Assembly: GCA_965644495.1 (NCBI GenBank)
Contig: CBFFSA010000028.1
Span: forward strand, 1-64,000
Direction of reading: 5' to 3'
Length of the DNA: 64,000 nucleotides
Source of the DNA: Perkinsela sp. CCAP 1560/9
Taxonomy: Eukaryota; Protista; Euglenozoa: Kinetoplastea
Every line of letters begins with the position of its first letter. The first letter of the stretch is position 1. The notes beneath the pieces were generated by a model, which ran no database searches, had not been told where the DNA came from, and was given only the letters and a program-made list of their open reading frames with translations. This document shows positions 34,224-45,464 of this stretch, piece after piece. The position numbers and the translations under genes are program-made.

Positions 34224-37200
34224 ATGTTGAATTGTTGGTTGTTGTTTTCCTATTCTTACTTTTCATGGGGATGTTTACCCGCAGCCGGGCGAAAGACACG
34301 GGAGTAGCTCCCGTCGTGCAGCCTCTGCCGCCGTCCCGCCGAAGGAAGAAACCGCCCGAGGAACGATCTCCAGTGGCACCGCCGTCGCCAACGTCGCCGC
34401 CGCCGCCGGCATCGCCGCCACCGCCAAGCGGTAGCCGCCAAGTCACTAATGCAACCCAAACGCCGCATCCCGCCGCCATCTCACCACATTCGCGACTGAC
34501 GTCACATCCCTTGGATGAATCGGTTCACGATCCGATCGCCTCCTCTATGCCACGTTTGTCATCGCCCTTGTCACCTCCTGAGTCACTGTCCAAGCCATCG
34601 GGACTTCCTCCACCACCCGATTCGCCGTCGCCCTCCCCTGGACGAAGCGCGTCAACTCTGTCTACAGGTTTTTCTACACGGCCGTCCTCACCTCAACGAC
34701 CTCCCTCGTCACCTCTTCCGGTAACACCGCCGGACTCCCCGAAAGCGAAACAAAAAACTGCTAAGTCGGAGTGTACAGTCAAAATTAAGAGTGCCATACT
34801 CTCTTCGGATTTCTTCAACCGTCGTCACAAAAAGCTAAATCTTGTCCAACATAGCATGCCACAAGACGACAGCCCAATAATTCGCCACCCACAGGGTTGC
34901 ATCAAGATGAAAAAAAACACAGCTAGAGAAACAGCTTTCACTAAGAGTAGCAAAGAACCGACCTACGCACAAGCAGCCACCCCTCCACCGAAAGAGCCCA
35001 CTACCCTTGACGAGCTCGTGTTAAGACCATTAAATCCATCGGCGGTAGCCAGAGACAATCTCCGCAAGAAAATTATGGAACTGCAAATATCCAACCAGAG
35101 AGGCAAAGAAAACGAAACTAGCGACAAGGAAAATTCAGAACACAGTGTAAGAGCACAAGCCATCGCACTGCACATGCACGGGGGTGATTCGAATAATAAC
35201 GAGCATATCATGCGCCTTGAAAAACTATACGGGGACTCAACGCCTGCGAAGCATACATCAGATAGTCAATCAGCATCACCAACACCATCCCCAGCTCAGG
35301 TTGAATTCCATGAATGCGAGTCTCCTACGCCCAAAGACTACACTCCCCAAGGACTACCCTCGCCACCTATTCCCGTAGACATTGAAGTCTCAAACGAAAG
35401 CAGATCTTCCATCATTTATTGTGAGAAGAGCGACAACGATACATATGTGGAAAACATCCTGAGCGCGATAAAACCAGAAGTGCAATTTCCACTTACATCT
35501 AAAGAAATAATTCAATCGTGCTCGAGTATCAAAAATGGAACAAACTGCACGATCGTTTGGACTTTCGACCGGCAAACCAAACTCAACATCTCTGAAGGAA
35601 CAGTAATGAAAATAAACAGTAGGGCCGGTAAAAAGAAAGTTACAATCCAATACAAAGGCGTTCGAGGACATCGCACTGGAGATACATTTGGTGGCTTTCT
35701 TCCACCACAAGAAAACATTCGAATCTATCAAATACAGTGGCATTGCACACCGATGGGCAAAGAGGCGGGCGAGCACGAAGAGGAGGGAGAACACGGAATA
35801 AACATGGAATCAACGCTTCACTCAAGCAATTGGGGTGAGGACGATGTTGATCATCTGCCCATTCCGACCGCCAAGACAATAAGCACAGATTACATTCCGA
35901 CAGTGATTGCAATATACCGCGATATCATGCAGACCTACGAAAGCAGCGACTATCCTCTAAGAAACAAAATCTGGAATAAAGTTCTTTCTGCCATGAAATT
36001 GTCCTTAGCCGCCGTACGACAGGCCAACGGCAGACGGAGACGACGACGACCGCTGACGCGTGATTCTATGAATCCTAATGGATCTGAAGAACACGAGGAA
36101 AAAGAACGCGAAGAAAAGGAAGATCTGCGAGCCATTAAAAAGGCCACGCGTCTTGCTCTAGAAGGTTGCGTTTCAAAGGCCACAAAGGTATTGGATCGTT
36201 CGTTCAACCGCAGCACCCTCACAGTTCAAGAAACAATGCAAAAATTACGGGAATTACATCCTGAACAATCTTGCGACTTTGCGGTCCCCGACGACGCCCC
36301 CATCATAGCAGCAATCTCCATCTACGAACTTCGAAGCGCTAGCAAGCGATTGGCCAAGGGAGTCAGTCCGGGACCCACAGGTACCACTGATAGCGTTATT
36401 AGGTTGCTCATTGACGATGAACCTTGTTGCAACAGTCTGTGCCACATGATGGGAGACCTTATCAACGGGTTTCTCTCGCGCCAAGTGATGCAGCGACTGA
36501 ATAGGGCTCGTCTCGTAGCAATTGCAAAGCCAGACGGTGGAGTTCGCCCCGTAGCTATCGGCGAAATTTTCGGCAAACTGGCGGGCTTAATACTTCTTCA
36601 AAGATATGAAAAAACGCTTGAGCCGTTATTCTCACCCATGCAACAGGGAGTCTTTTCGCAAGCCGGATGCGAGAGAATTGTACACAAGTTACGCGATCGC
36701 TACCTAGATGGACATACAATATTATCAGTTGATATGAAAAATGCATTTAATACACCATCCAGAAACGAACTGGCAAAAAGCGTTTTCGCTTTTGCAACCC
36801 TAAAACCCTTCCAAAGATTCTTCGCAGCAGAATACTCGGAGCCTTCCGATCTACTCTACTACGGGTCTGATGGGAATTTGGCTGGCATTATTCCGAGTTC
36901 GGCTGGTGTGAGACAGGGCTCTGCTCTGGCAAGTCTGTATTTCTGTGTCTTCTGCCAACCCATACTCGAAACGCTCGCTTCAGAATATCCCGCAGTAGAA
37001 ATAAACGCGTACATCGACGACATTACGCTTGTTTCTCGTGACCCTTCCAATCTGGAGAAGGCGTTCTTCAGATTAAAAGACCTGTTGAAAGATAAACGAG
37101 TACTATTAGCTGAATCAAAATGCGTGTGGTATCAAGGAACTTCAGATCATGGAATCCCAATGGCCCTCCACGAACAGGGAGTCAAGACAGAGACGGAGGC

Positions 37201-38723
37201 CATAAAAATACTGGGAGCTCATATCGGCGACAACGAAACGGTCAGTGAACGTCTGCTTCGGCAAATTAGCAAATACGAAACCGGGTTTCGGCGACTAAAG
37301 AAAATGGGAATAAACAACATCTCCCTGTTGTTGTTATCCAAATGCGTAAACGTTAGGCTACAGTATTTGATGAGGGTGCATGAAGCGAATGCAACGGATA
37401 AAGCATCCTTGCAGTTCGACCACCAGGTTGAAAGTATTGTGGAAGCTTGGGTGGGATCCCTTTCCTCGTCACAGAAGAAAATTATGCGCTTACCAGTCAA
37501 AAAGGGAGGTTTCGGTTTAACGGCGTACAATCCTCATCGTGAGAATGCTTATGCGGCCTCGCGCTTTTCGGTTCTTGAGCACCAAAGTTCATCTTCAGTT
37601 CGGACCGACAAAGACATGGCAACCGCACACCCTTGCATTCCGAAAGCAACTAACCTAAAAATTACACCAGTTGACAACCAGACAGCCAACGCAATTCACC
37701 ACGATGAAGCTCTGAAAGAGTTGCAACAAGACCCTGAACTCAAACTAATCTTGCAAGCGAACTCATTTAAAGGCAATAACGACTGGCTTCTGTCACACGC
37801 CCGATACATACCGTCTCATCTGTTCAAGCTTGCCATTATGCCCAGACTTAATGCTCACCATCAAGACCTTCCCTCAAGCCTTCTATGCCCCGGATGCAGT
37901 ATGATACTGAATAATCGAAGCGCTCTTTTTCATATCTCAGGCTGCTCCCAATGCTCCGGATTTAACACAACGATGAAACACAATTCGCTCGTAACCTTTA
38001 TACAACGTCTTTGCCACAAAGCGGGTTTACCCTGCGAAAAAGAGCCCAGAGCTTTCTCTTCCTGGAAATGTCTGACATGCGGAATTAGCATTAACCCAGA
38101 AAATCGATCAACGCACCAGAAAGTATGCGCTGGAAGGCGTCTATGCCGCTCTGGTCCGGACCTGGTCATTTACTGGAATACTGGCGAAGTCTTTTATGAC
38201 CTTACGGTCATACACGAGCTCTCAGTCACGAATCGCTCCAAAAAGTGCACCCAACTAATGAACGAAGCTATCAAAAAGAAAATCAACACATACGTTAAAA
38301 CCGAACTCATAAGGGAGGAATGCTTCGAGTGTCTGCCAGTGTTGTCCGGGGGTGCTCTCCACCGAAACACTCAAAGACTAATCCAAGTTCTAGCTGATGC
38401 AGCAGGAATTGATCGTCAACTGGCGGAATTGGATTTCAAGCTTTTGGTGCAGGAGTTGAACGGTATCGAAGTATACTCTCAACTTCGAAAATATCTTGAT
38501 GGAAACCGTGACACTCTAGAATTTAGTTTATAATAGATAAAAGACAACATTTCAACTTCCCGCTTTATTGTGGGAGATTACTCCAGAGATTATCGTTACT
38601 TATAATAAAAAGAAAGGTATCCTATTGATGAAGAAAGATATAAAAAATGTATTATTTCGAACGGATGCGTTTCAATGTACCGATTTGCATCGGTTAAGAA
38701 CAAAAAAAAAAAGCATTTCTTTG
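34224..38723 (+). mobile_element. Full-length lineage-2 RLE element (family 2B) inserted antisense into I2
   Basis: Absent from the duplicate locus (~63185); GTAT repeated at 34220-34223 and 38724-38727; short poly(A) 38702-38712. Confidence 0.9.
34265..38533 (+). CDS. Pro-rich region - RT - Zn knuckle - RLE polyprotein
   Basis: MGMFTRSRAK start; RPVAIGE, DMKNAFN, RQGSALA, YIDD; CPGC; RSGPD..YD..K. Confidence 0.92.
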   Translation: MGMFTRSRAKDTGVAPVVQPLPPSRRRKKPPEERSPVAPPSPTSPPPPASPPPPSGSRQVTNATQTPHPAAISPHSRLTSHPLDESVHDPIASSMPRLSSPLSPPESLSKPSGLPPPPDSPSPSPGRSASTLSTGFSTRPSSPQRPPSSPLPVTPPDSPKAKQKTAKSECTVKIKSAILSSDFFNRRHKKLNLVQHSMPQDDSPIIRHPQGCIKMKKNTARETAFTKSSKEPTYAQAATPPPKEPTTLDELVLRPLNPSAVARDNLRKKIMELQISNQRGKENETSDKENSEHSVRAQAIALHMHGGDSNNNEHIMRLEKLYGDSTPAKHTSDSQSASPTPSPAQVEFHECESPTPKDYTPQGLPSPPIPVDIEVSNESRSSIIYCEKSDNDTYVENILSAIKPEVQFPLTSKEIIQSCSSIKNGTNCTIVWTFDRQTKLNISEGTVMKINSRAGKKKVTIQYKGVRGHRTGDTFGGFLPPQENIRIYQIQWHCTPMGKEAGEHEEEGEHGINMESTLHSSNWGEDDVDHLPIPTAKTISTDYIPTVIAIYRDIMQTYESSDYPLRNKIWNKVLSAMKLSLAAVRQANGRRRRRRPLTRDSMNPNGSEEHEEKEREEKEDLRAIKKATRLALEGCVSKATKVLDRSFNRSTLTVQETMQKLRELHPEQSCDFAVPDDAPIIAAISIYELRSASKRLAKGVSPGPTGTTDSVIRLLIDDEPCCNSLCHMMGDLINGFLSRQVMQRLNRARLVAIAKPDGGVRPVAIGEIFGKLAGLILLQRYEKTLEPLFSPMQQGVFSQAGCERIVHKLRDRYLDGHTILSVDMKNAFNTPSRNELAKSVFAFATLKPFQRFFAAEYSEPSDLLYYGSDGNLAGIIPSSAGVRQGSALASLYFCVFCQPILETLASEYPAVEINAYIDDITLVSRDPSNLEKAFFRLKDLLKDKRVLLAESKCVWYQGTSDHGIPMALHEQGVKTETEAIKILGAHIGDNETVSERLLRQISKYETGFRRLKKMGINNISLLLLSKCVNVRLQYLMRVHEANATDKASLQFDHQVESIVEAWVGSLSSSQKKIMRLPVKKGGFGLTAYNPHRENAYAASRFSVLEHQSSSSVRTDKDMATAHPCIPKATNLKITPVDNQTANAIHHDEALKELQQDPELKLILQANSFKGNNDWLLSHARYIPSHLFKLAIMPRLNAHHQDLPSSLLCPGCSMILNNRSALFHISGCSQCSGFNTTMKHNSLVTFIQRLCHKAGLPCEKEPRAFSSWKCLTCGISINPENRSTHQKVCAGRRLCRSGPDLVIYWNTGEVFYDLTVIHELSVTNRSKKCTQLMNEAIKKKINTYVKTELIREECFECLPVLSGGALHRNTQRLIQVLADAAGIDRQLAELDFKLLVQELNGIEVYSQLRKYLDGNRDTLEFSL

Positions 38724-39520
38724 GTATTCATCTAATCTGTTGCATTGGCAAACTATTCTTCTCATGTTGTTAACTTCAACGTCAATTCTTCGGAGCATGG
38801 ATTTTGAAATAGAAAGTGCACCTGTCCCAAAGTTTAGCACCGGATATACTATTGAATCGTAGAGGCGCAGCTTAGTCTCCGGGCTAAGTGGTGAAGACCA
38901 AATACCATTCATTCGAAAGAGAGATCCCCAAGCTAGTTTCAATCGATCTTTAACTGTAGATGTAAAATCATTTTCCTGCCGATGCCCTAAGTGTTTGTAA
39001 GACGTAACTTTCGGAATCATCCCCGAGAATTTGCTGTTCAGGCTCTCGCCGCTCATTTGAGATTTACCAAAAGTTAACCAGGCTGTCTTGTTTGCTCCGA
39101 CGGCTAGTTTCAGATTAGCTTTGCGTGACTCTTCAGCTACATTGTCTATCATATTTGTCAAACCACTCTTCGTGTCACTAAATAACGCTATATCGTCCGC
39201 ATACTCAATGTCACTCAGGCGCTTTTCATGAAGACCCCGCTTTCTTGTACCCCTAGAGCTGAGAAGAACCCCGTCTGATTTTCCATCTAGTGCTTTATTG
39301 AGAATTCTATCTAACACCATAACGAACAGATAAGGCGCCAATACATCACCTTGAAGTATTCCTGTAGTGATAGGGAAAGGTTTCGTGATTCCAATAGAAG
39401 TTCGTACAGTGCCTTTCAGCTCATCGTATATAGACATTATCATCTTAGAAAGACATGGACCTACTCGAAATGCATGCAAACTAGCTTTAATAGCAGCGAA
39501 CGATACCGAAGGAAATGCTT

Positions 39521-40519
39521 ATCAACATGAAATGTTTTTCAACATGAAAAGGATTGGAAAGAATTGCTTCTAAATCCCGAACTTAAGCCCATACTTCAAG
39601 CCACTTCTTTCAAAGGCAACAACGACTGGCTCACGTCACATGTACGAAGTATACCGTCACACCTATTTAAGCTTGCGGTTATGCCTAGGCTAAATGCTCA
39701 ACATCAAAATCTTCCGACCAACCTTCTTTGCCCGGGATGTGGCATTGTTCTCGACAATCGGAATGCTCTGTCACATATCCCAGGATGCGTTCAATGCTCA
39801 GGATTCAATTCAACGGCGAAGCACAATGCACTTGTTACATTTCTACAGCGACTATGCCACAAAGCTGGATTGCCATGTGAAAAGGAACCCAGAGCTTTCT
39901 CGTCATGGAAATGTCTGCAGTGCGGAGATATAATTAGTCCAAGCAATCACGTAACTCATCAGAAAGTTTGCACTGGAAGACGGCTATGCCGATCCGGACC
40001 GGATCTCGTTATTTATTGGAACAACGGCGAGGTATACTATGACTTAACCGTAATACACGAGCTTTCGCAGAGCAATAGGTCTAAAAAATGCATCCAACTA
40101 ATCAACGACGCGATCAAAAGAAAACACAACACGTACGTGCAGACGAATATTATACGAGAAGAATGCTTCCAATGCTTGCCTGTTCTGTCCGGAGGTTCTT
40201 TACATCGCAACACGCAAAGTCTGATCCATGCGATAGCAGATGCCGCCTTACTAGACCGGCAGGGGGTTGAACAGGAATTTAAACTACTGGTGCAGGAATT
40301 AAATGGTCTAGAAGTTTATTCCCACCTTCGGAAATACCTAAACGAAGAAGGCGCTACGCAGGAATTCAGTCTATAAATCAGCTCATTGGTTTTTATATCA
40401 TAATACGAAATATTACACAGCTTGCAAAGTCGCGCAAGCCTTATATAAGCCTTATCTCTGATCCGTCATTGTGGAAGAATGCAATGACAGGGGTCTTACA
40501 AAAAAAAAAAAAAAAAAAA
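39521..40519 (+). mobile_element. 5'-truncated family-2B-like element (Zn knuckle, RLE, 3' UTR, poly(A))
   Basis: ORF 39564..40376 is similar to the C-terminus of 34265; poly(A) 40500-40521 abuts an SL. Confidence 0.88.
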
Positions 40520-40595
40520 AACGATAAAGATACAGTTTCTGTACCTTGTTGAATTATTTTTATTAACCCACTATTTTCCCTAGCAGGGTCTCACC

Positions 40596-43500
40596 ATGCC
40601 ACACGACGACCTCTTCGATGCGAATGCAGTACCCATGGACGACGACTCTTTCCGTCAGGAAGAAATTTCGCACAACACGGGTGCTTGGGACCAATTTGCA
40701 GGAAACGCACATTTAATTCCCGGTCAGAGCTCCTACGATGAACTCTTGTACACAACACCGATTCCCAAACATATCCCCAAACACTGGGCAAAAAGAGCCG
40801 CCAAGATCGCCGGAGAGGCTCCCACGCCGGACACGGGAAGAATGACGGAAGATGAAGAGACGAATCACTCCCTCGTCGTGGAAGCAAGCCCGAGAAACAC
40901 ACCGGAGGTTCCTGACGCCCAAGTACCTTCTCCAAACAAGGCCTCGAAGCGCAAGAACATAAATCCGGTACCGATCCCGCAGCACTGTACTCAGCGCGTA
41001 TGCCCAGCTGAAGGATGCACTTGGAAGACTCCTCCTCACGGTGGGCAATGGCAAGCATTTTACAATCATGTGGCCCACCGACACGGAGAAAGCGTACCAA
41101 CCACTTGGTGGGAGGGGGAGGGAAGATTTCTTTGCAAGGACTGCTGCAGGCACTACGATAAGAACAAGGAGAATTCTCACCCCAAACAGTGCAAAGGCCG
41201 TAACCACCCCGTGCGATCTCAAACCCCACCTAGGCCAACGACAAGTCTCGAAAATGCAACTGAAATTCCTCCAGAAAACATGCTACCAACGTTGAGCTCT
41301 ATCTGCGCGCTGCCCATAAGCACATGCAAAGATGTCCCCCATTCCTGTAGGTTTCTATGGGCGAGCATTTTGACACAGGTCATGACATCTGCTGTGCAAG
41401 AAAACACAGTGGAGGCATGGACGTTACTGGCAATGCTCCCTAAATGCGTCTTACCTGCACCTTACCGAGGCGGTCGCAAAGGACACACGTCATACTCTAC
41501 ATACGTGGAAAAAAGCATGGAACTCTGGCTAGAAGGGGAGTACCTCTTGCTCTGGGAACAGGCCCTAAAGGATCACGCCAAAAAACGCTCCAAGCCTAGA
41601 AGTTCCGAAAATGAAGAAGAAAGAGCGGCAATCAGGGCAGAAATACTGTCACGTCAAGGGGAATACTCTAGGGGAATAGCCGCTCTAACCGCAGCACCCA
41701 TGGCGCCGGACAACGAGGAGACCCTTGCGAAGCTTCTAGAAAAGCACCCAAATCCTCACGAAAACCCACTTGAGAACGATCTTCCACCGATTGAGGGTAA
41801 TCCCCTGCGTCTGGAGGAAGTGGAAGTCAGGAAAGCGGTCGAAAGTTTTCGCAGAGGGTCTTCTGCCGGAACAATGGGTCTACGTCCAGAACACATCCAG
41901 GCCGCCATTTTGGAACACGCCAACAAGAAGGTGGGTCCTCTTTCGTCCCTCACTCGCCTCGTGAACCACATGCTCCAAGGAAAGGCACCGCCAGAGGTAC
42001 AACTGTTCTACGCTGGAGCCCGTCTCTGCGCTCTGGAGAAAGGTGAAGAAGATGTCCGACCCATAGCAGCAGGCGAAACCCTCAGACGTCTAGTAAGCAA
42101 AGCGGCATGCGTCGCCGTAAAGGAGAAGGCTGAAACTTTATTCCGGGGAAGACAGTATGGTGTGACTGCATCCGCGGGGGCCGAACGAGTAATTCATCTG
42201 TGCCGGAAAACAATGCTAAACAACATGGGGAGCGACAGTCTTGTTCTCTGTAAGGTAGACCTCAGAAATGCGTTCAACAACGTCAGCAGACCTGTCTTCA
42301 CTTTGCTCACACGTCTCAATTTTCCAGAACTTTCACCCTGGGTGGAATGGTGCTACACAAACCCGAGTTGTCTTACCTACGGGAATCACTTCCTATCCTC
42401 AGCCGAAGGCGTCCAGCAAGGTGACCCATTGGGTCCGCTTCTCTTCTCTCTAGTCCTTTCTGGGGTAACCGAGGAAATATCATCCCGATCAAACCTAGAT
42501 TCGCAACTATGGTATTTGGACGACGGAGTTCTCATGGGGGAGGCGGCGGAGGTTCGAAAGGCGCTTGATGTTTTTTCCGAGGTTGGTTCACAATGCGGGC
42601 TATTTCTGAATCCGAACAAGTGTGAAATAATAACGCCACCTGCCTCAGCCCATCACACGACTTTATTTCCGGAAATACCTACCGCCAAAATTCGTGTTGA
42701 CGGGAATTTCGATATTCTCGGATCCCCGATTGGGTCTGCGGAGCACTGCGCGGAGTTCCTAATGTCTCACGCCATCGAACCCGCACGCGAGACTCTCGCA
42801 GCAATAGGGCTAATAGGCGATCCACAAGTTGCCATCGCCCTCATCCGCCAGTGCACTGGCTTCTGCCAAATGGTGTACGCTCTCCGCACCACACCCCCCC
42901 AGGCTCTTTTTCAACTTTGTAGCCTACTAGACGAAACCGTTCTTAAAGCTGTCGAGTGGGCACTTTTCCCCCTGGAACCCCACGCACGTGACCAAATCCA
43001 ACGAAGGAAACGCCACGGAGGTTTCGGCCTTAGGTCTGCAACACTCCACGCGACAGCCGCTTACGTTTCTTCCGTCGCGCACGCCGCCGACATAGACGAC
43101 TGGGATCCTACAGAGGCTGATGGATTCGCCATTTCGGTACAAGACGTAAACCGTAAAGCAGGAGTAGCGCTAGTGGATCCCAACACGGGGCGCACACCCA
43201 AGCAGGACAAGCCACTCCCATACTCAGGCCACCATCACAACTTCCTCCCGAAAAGGAAACGCCCACGGAGCACTCAAAACAAAATGGAAGCGGACAGGGC
43301 AACCGCGCCGGAGATGGTCATCCCTCGACAGCAGCAACTCAGCCAGGCTATCTCACAGCAGGAATTCACCACAGCATACGAGCAGGCTGACCCTCGCACT
43401 CGCGCACGGTGGGTTTCAGAGTCGGGTAAGGGAGCAGGTAGCTGGGCTTTCGTGACGCCCTCTAGGAGCAAAGGATACGCCTTCACACCAACAGAGTTCC

Positions 43501-44174
43501 GCACGCTGTCCCGCTGGTGGCTGGGATCCGACATCTATCAAGAAGATCGCCCTTGCCCAGCGAAGGGATGCATATTACCTCTGCAGAAAAATGGGGAACA
43601 TGCATTGTTATGTAAGAACGGACATGGCCTCATCACCCGTCACAACGCGGTCTGTGAGCAATTCACAGCATTCTGCAGAAAAGCCGACATAGCTCCGCAA
43701 AGGGAGAAAAGCCTGGGAAATCGTGGTCCAAGAGGGGGTCTCACCAGACCTGCTGACGTGTTTCTCCCGAATTACACCCTGGGAAGTGGTATGGTGTTAG
43801 ACTTCGCAGTCACCCACGCACAGCAACTAAAGTATTTGGACTCTGTCCGGAATGCTAGCTGGGTGGCTGCGGGATCTTTCGCTGAACACTACTCAGCAAC
43901 GAAGGATAAACAACGCCAGGAAGCGGAGGAAGCGAAATTACTTTTTACGGCCATGGTAGTTGAATCCTTTGGCTCGTGGAGTAAAAGCGCGATGGCTGTT
44001 TTGTGGAAGGTGGGGGCGTTACGCGCAAACGCGTCAAACGGTCTACTCACAGACACTCAAGCCCGAAATGACCTTCTCAAAGAGCTGAACGTGGCTCTCA
44101 TGCGCTCCCAGGCCCGGATGATGGTCTCTAGGATAGTCGTCAGTGACCCTGACGCTCCCCTGGAAGGGGCCTAA
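40596..44174 (+). CDS. LsmAD-like domain - zinc fingers - RT - CCHC - RLE polyprotein (1192 aa)
   Basis: WDQFAGN..YDELLYTT; CPAEGC..H..H; QQGDPLGP, YLDD; RHN, RPADV, DFAV. Confidence 0.93.
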   Translation: MPHDDLFDANAVPMDDDSFRQEEISHNTGAWDQFAGNAHLIPGQSSYDELLYTTPIPKHIPKHWAKRAAKIAGEAPTPDTGRMTEDEETNHSLVVEASPRNTPEVPDAQVPSPNKASKRKNINPVPIPQHCTQRVCPAEGCTWKTPPHGGQWQAFYNHVAHRHGESVPTTWWEGEGRFLCKDCCRHYDKNKENSHPKQCKGRNHPVRSQTPPRPTTSLENATEIPPENMLPTLSSICALPISTCKDVPHSCRFLWASILTQVMTSAVQENTVEAWTLLAMLPKCVLPAPYRGGRKGHTSYSTYVEKSMELWLEGEYLLLWEQALKDHAKKRSKPRSSENEEERAAIRAEILSRQGEYSRGIAALTAAPMAPDNEETLAKLLEKHPNPHENPLENDLPPIEGNPLRLEEVEVRKAVESFRRGSSAGTMGLRPEHIQAAILEHANKKVGPLSSLTRLVNHMLQGKAPPEVQLFYAGARLCALEKGEEDVRPIAAGETLRRLVSKAACVAVKEKAETLFRGRQYGVTASAGAERVIHLCRKTMLNNMGSDSLVLCKVDLRNAFNNVSRPVFTLLTRLNFPELSPWVEWCYTNPSCLTYGNHFLSSAEGVQQGDPLGPLLFSLVLSGVTEEISSRSNLDSQLWYLDDGVLMGEAAEVRKALDVFSEVGSQCGLFLNPNKCEIITPPASAHHTTLFPEIPTAKIRVDGNFDILGSPIGSAEHCAEFLMSHAIEPARETLAAIGLIGDPQVAIALIRQCTGFCQMVYALRTTPPQALFQLCSLLDETVLKAVEWALFPLEPHARDQIQRRKRHGGFGLRSATLHATAAYVSSVAHAADIDDWDPTEADGFAISVQDVNRKAGVALVDPNTGRTPKQDKPLPYSGHHHNFLPKRKRPRSTQNKMEADRATAPEMVIPRQQQLSQAISQQEFTTAYEQADPRTRARWVSESGKGAGSWAFVTPSRSKGYAFTPTEFRTLSRWWLGSDIYQEDRPCPAKGCILPLQKNGEHALLCKNGHGLITRHNAVCEQFTAFCRKADIAPQREKSLGNRGPRGGLTRPADVFLPNYTLGSGMVLDFAVTHAQQLKYLDSVRNASWVAAGSFAEHYSATKDKQRQEAEEAKLLFTAMVVESFGSWSKSAMAVLWKVGALRANASNGLLTDTQARNDLLKELNVALMRSQARMMVSRIVVSDPDAPLEGA

Positions 44175-44588
44175 GGGATCTCGGGAATACCCACTGGGAC
44201 ATAAACCGCTGGTCCGGATGCTGGTCGGTGCCGACAGGGTCTATGCTCACGCCTAGTCTGTCAGGGCTAGGTACCCCAAGTGAGGTAGGACAAGGGTAGG
44301 GAACTTTGTTCCTCCCCGTCGGCCAGCATCATGCTCCGCGACCGTGCCGCTGTCGGCACAGGCCCATTGCTTGCGCCCTCTCGTACAACAAGAGAAGGGT
44401 TAACAAGGCAAGCTGGGAGTGGTCGAAAGACCCGGTTCGGAACATGCATGAGGAAGATGGGAGCGCGAATGGATTGGAGAAGACCTCGCCTCCCCCCTTC
44501 TTTATCATCAAAAACCCTCTTGTGGCGTAGGTGCGAGGCGAGGCAGAGGGAGACCTTACCCTCCCTGGAAAGGTGGAAGTTCGGTAAG

Positions 44589-44652
44589 GGGAAGTGGGAA
44601 AGTTGGGAAGTGGGAAAGTTGGGAAGTGGGAAGGTTGGGAAGTGGGAAAGTT
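44589..44652 (+). repeat. Four copies of the 16-mer GGGAAGTGGGAAAGTT in the 3' UTR of 1B
   Basis: Direct reading; eight GGG runs. Confidence 0.85.
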
Positions 44653-44920
44653 GGTTTGCTAGTTTTTATATAGTTGTTAAAAAGAGGAAAAAGATTTAAA
44701 TAAAGAAAAAAAAAAAAAAAAATACATCTCCCCCAACCCCCCACAGAACGGACGAGTTCTGTAACCATACGCGATCACAGACACTGAAATGAGTTAGACT
44801 GTGGGTATTAGGGTGCCTTCGGTCCAGCCCAACAGCTGCATACACTATGATTACGATACTAGACTCAGCGATTGGACGAACTAGCGAATAGGGAGGCAAA
44901 AAAAAAAAAAAAAAAAAAAA

Positions 44921-45037
44921 AAATAATTTGATTGCTTGTTTACAAATCATATACCCCCCCCAATGGACCTTCATGGTTCATGTATTGGGTAATATAGAGG
45001 CAATGCCGCGTTTCATACTTCTCCCCCCTTATTAATC

Positions 45038-45073
<36 letters not shown>

Positions 45074-45464
45074 CTGTTTCGCGACCGTGTCGCTGTCGAC
45101 ACAGGCCCGCGCCTGCGCCCTCCCATATAACAAGGGAAGGGTTCACAAGTCAGGCCGTGGAGAGGTCGAAAGACCCGGTCCGGAACGCGCGAATGGATTG
45201 GGCATGGATTGCTTGTTTTAATTTTTACTGTTTTTCTTGTTTGTAGTATATACTTAGGGGAGACTAAATTGCTAGTTTTGGGCTGAGAAAAAAGGTACAT
45301 CTGTGGACAGAAAAAGAATTGCTAATTTGATTGTTTGTTTTCAATTCGTATACCCCCCCCCCCAATGGACCTACTTGGTTCGTCTACTGGGTCAAAATAT
45401 AGAGGCAATGCCGCGATTCATACTTCTCCCCCCTTATTAATTGCAAAAAAAAAAAAAAAAAAAA
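44921..45464 (+). mobile_element. Two tandem poly(A)-tailed 3'-end fragments of lineage 1A
   Basis: 44921-45070 and 45071-45464 match the 3' UTRs at ~20195-20340 and ~49918-50200. Confidence 0.85.

Larger units (their letters stand above)
40520..44721 (+). mobile_element. Full-length CRE-like RLE element, lineage 1B, with SL (40520-40551)
   Basis: SL nt ~8-39, intact ORF, structured 3' UTR, poly(A) ~44706-44722. Confidence 0.92.
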
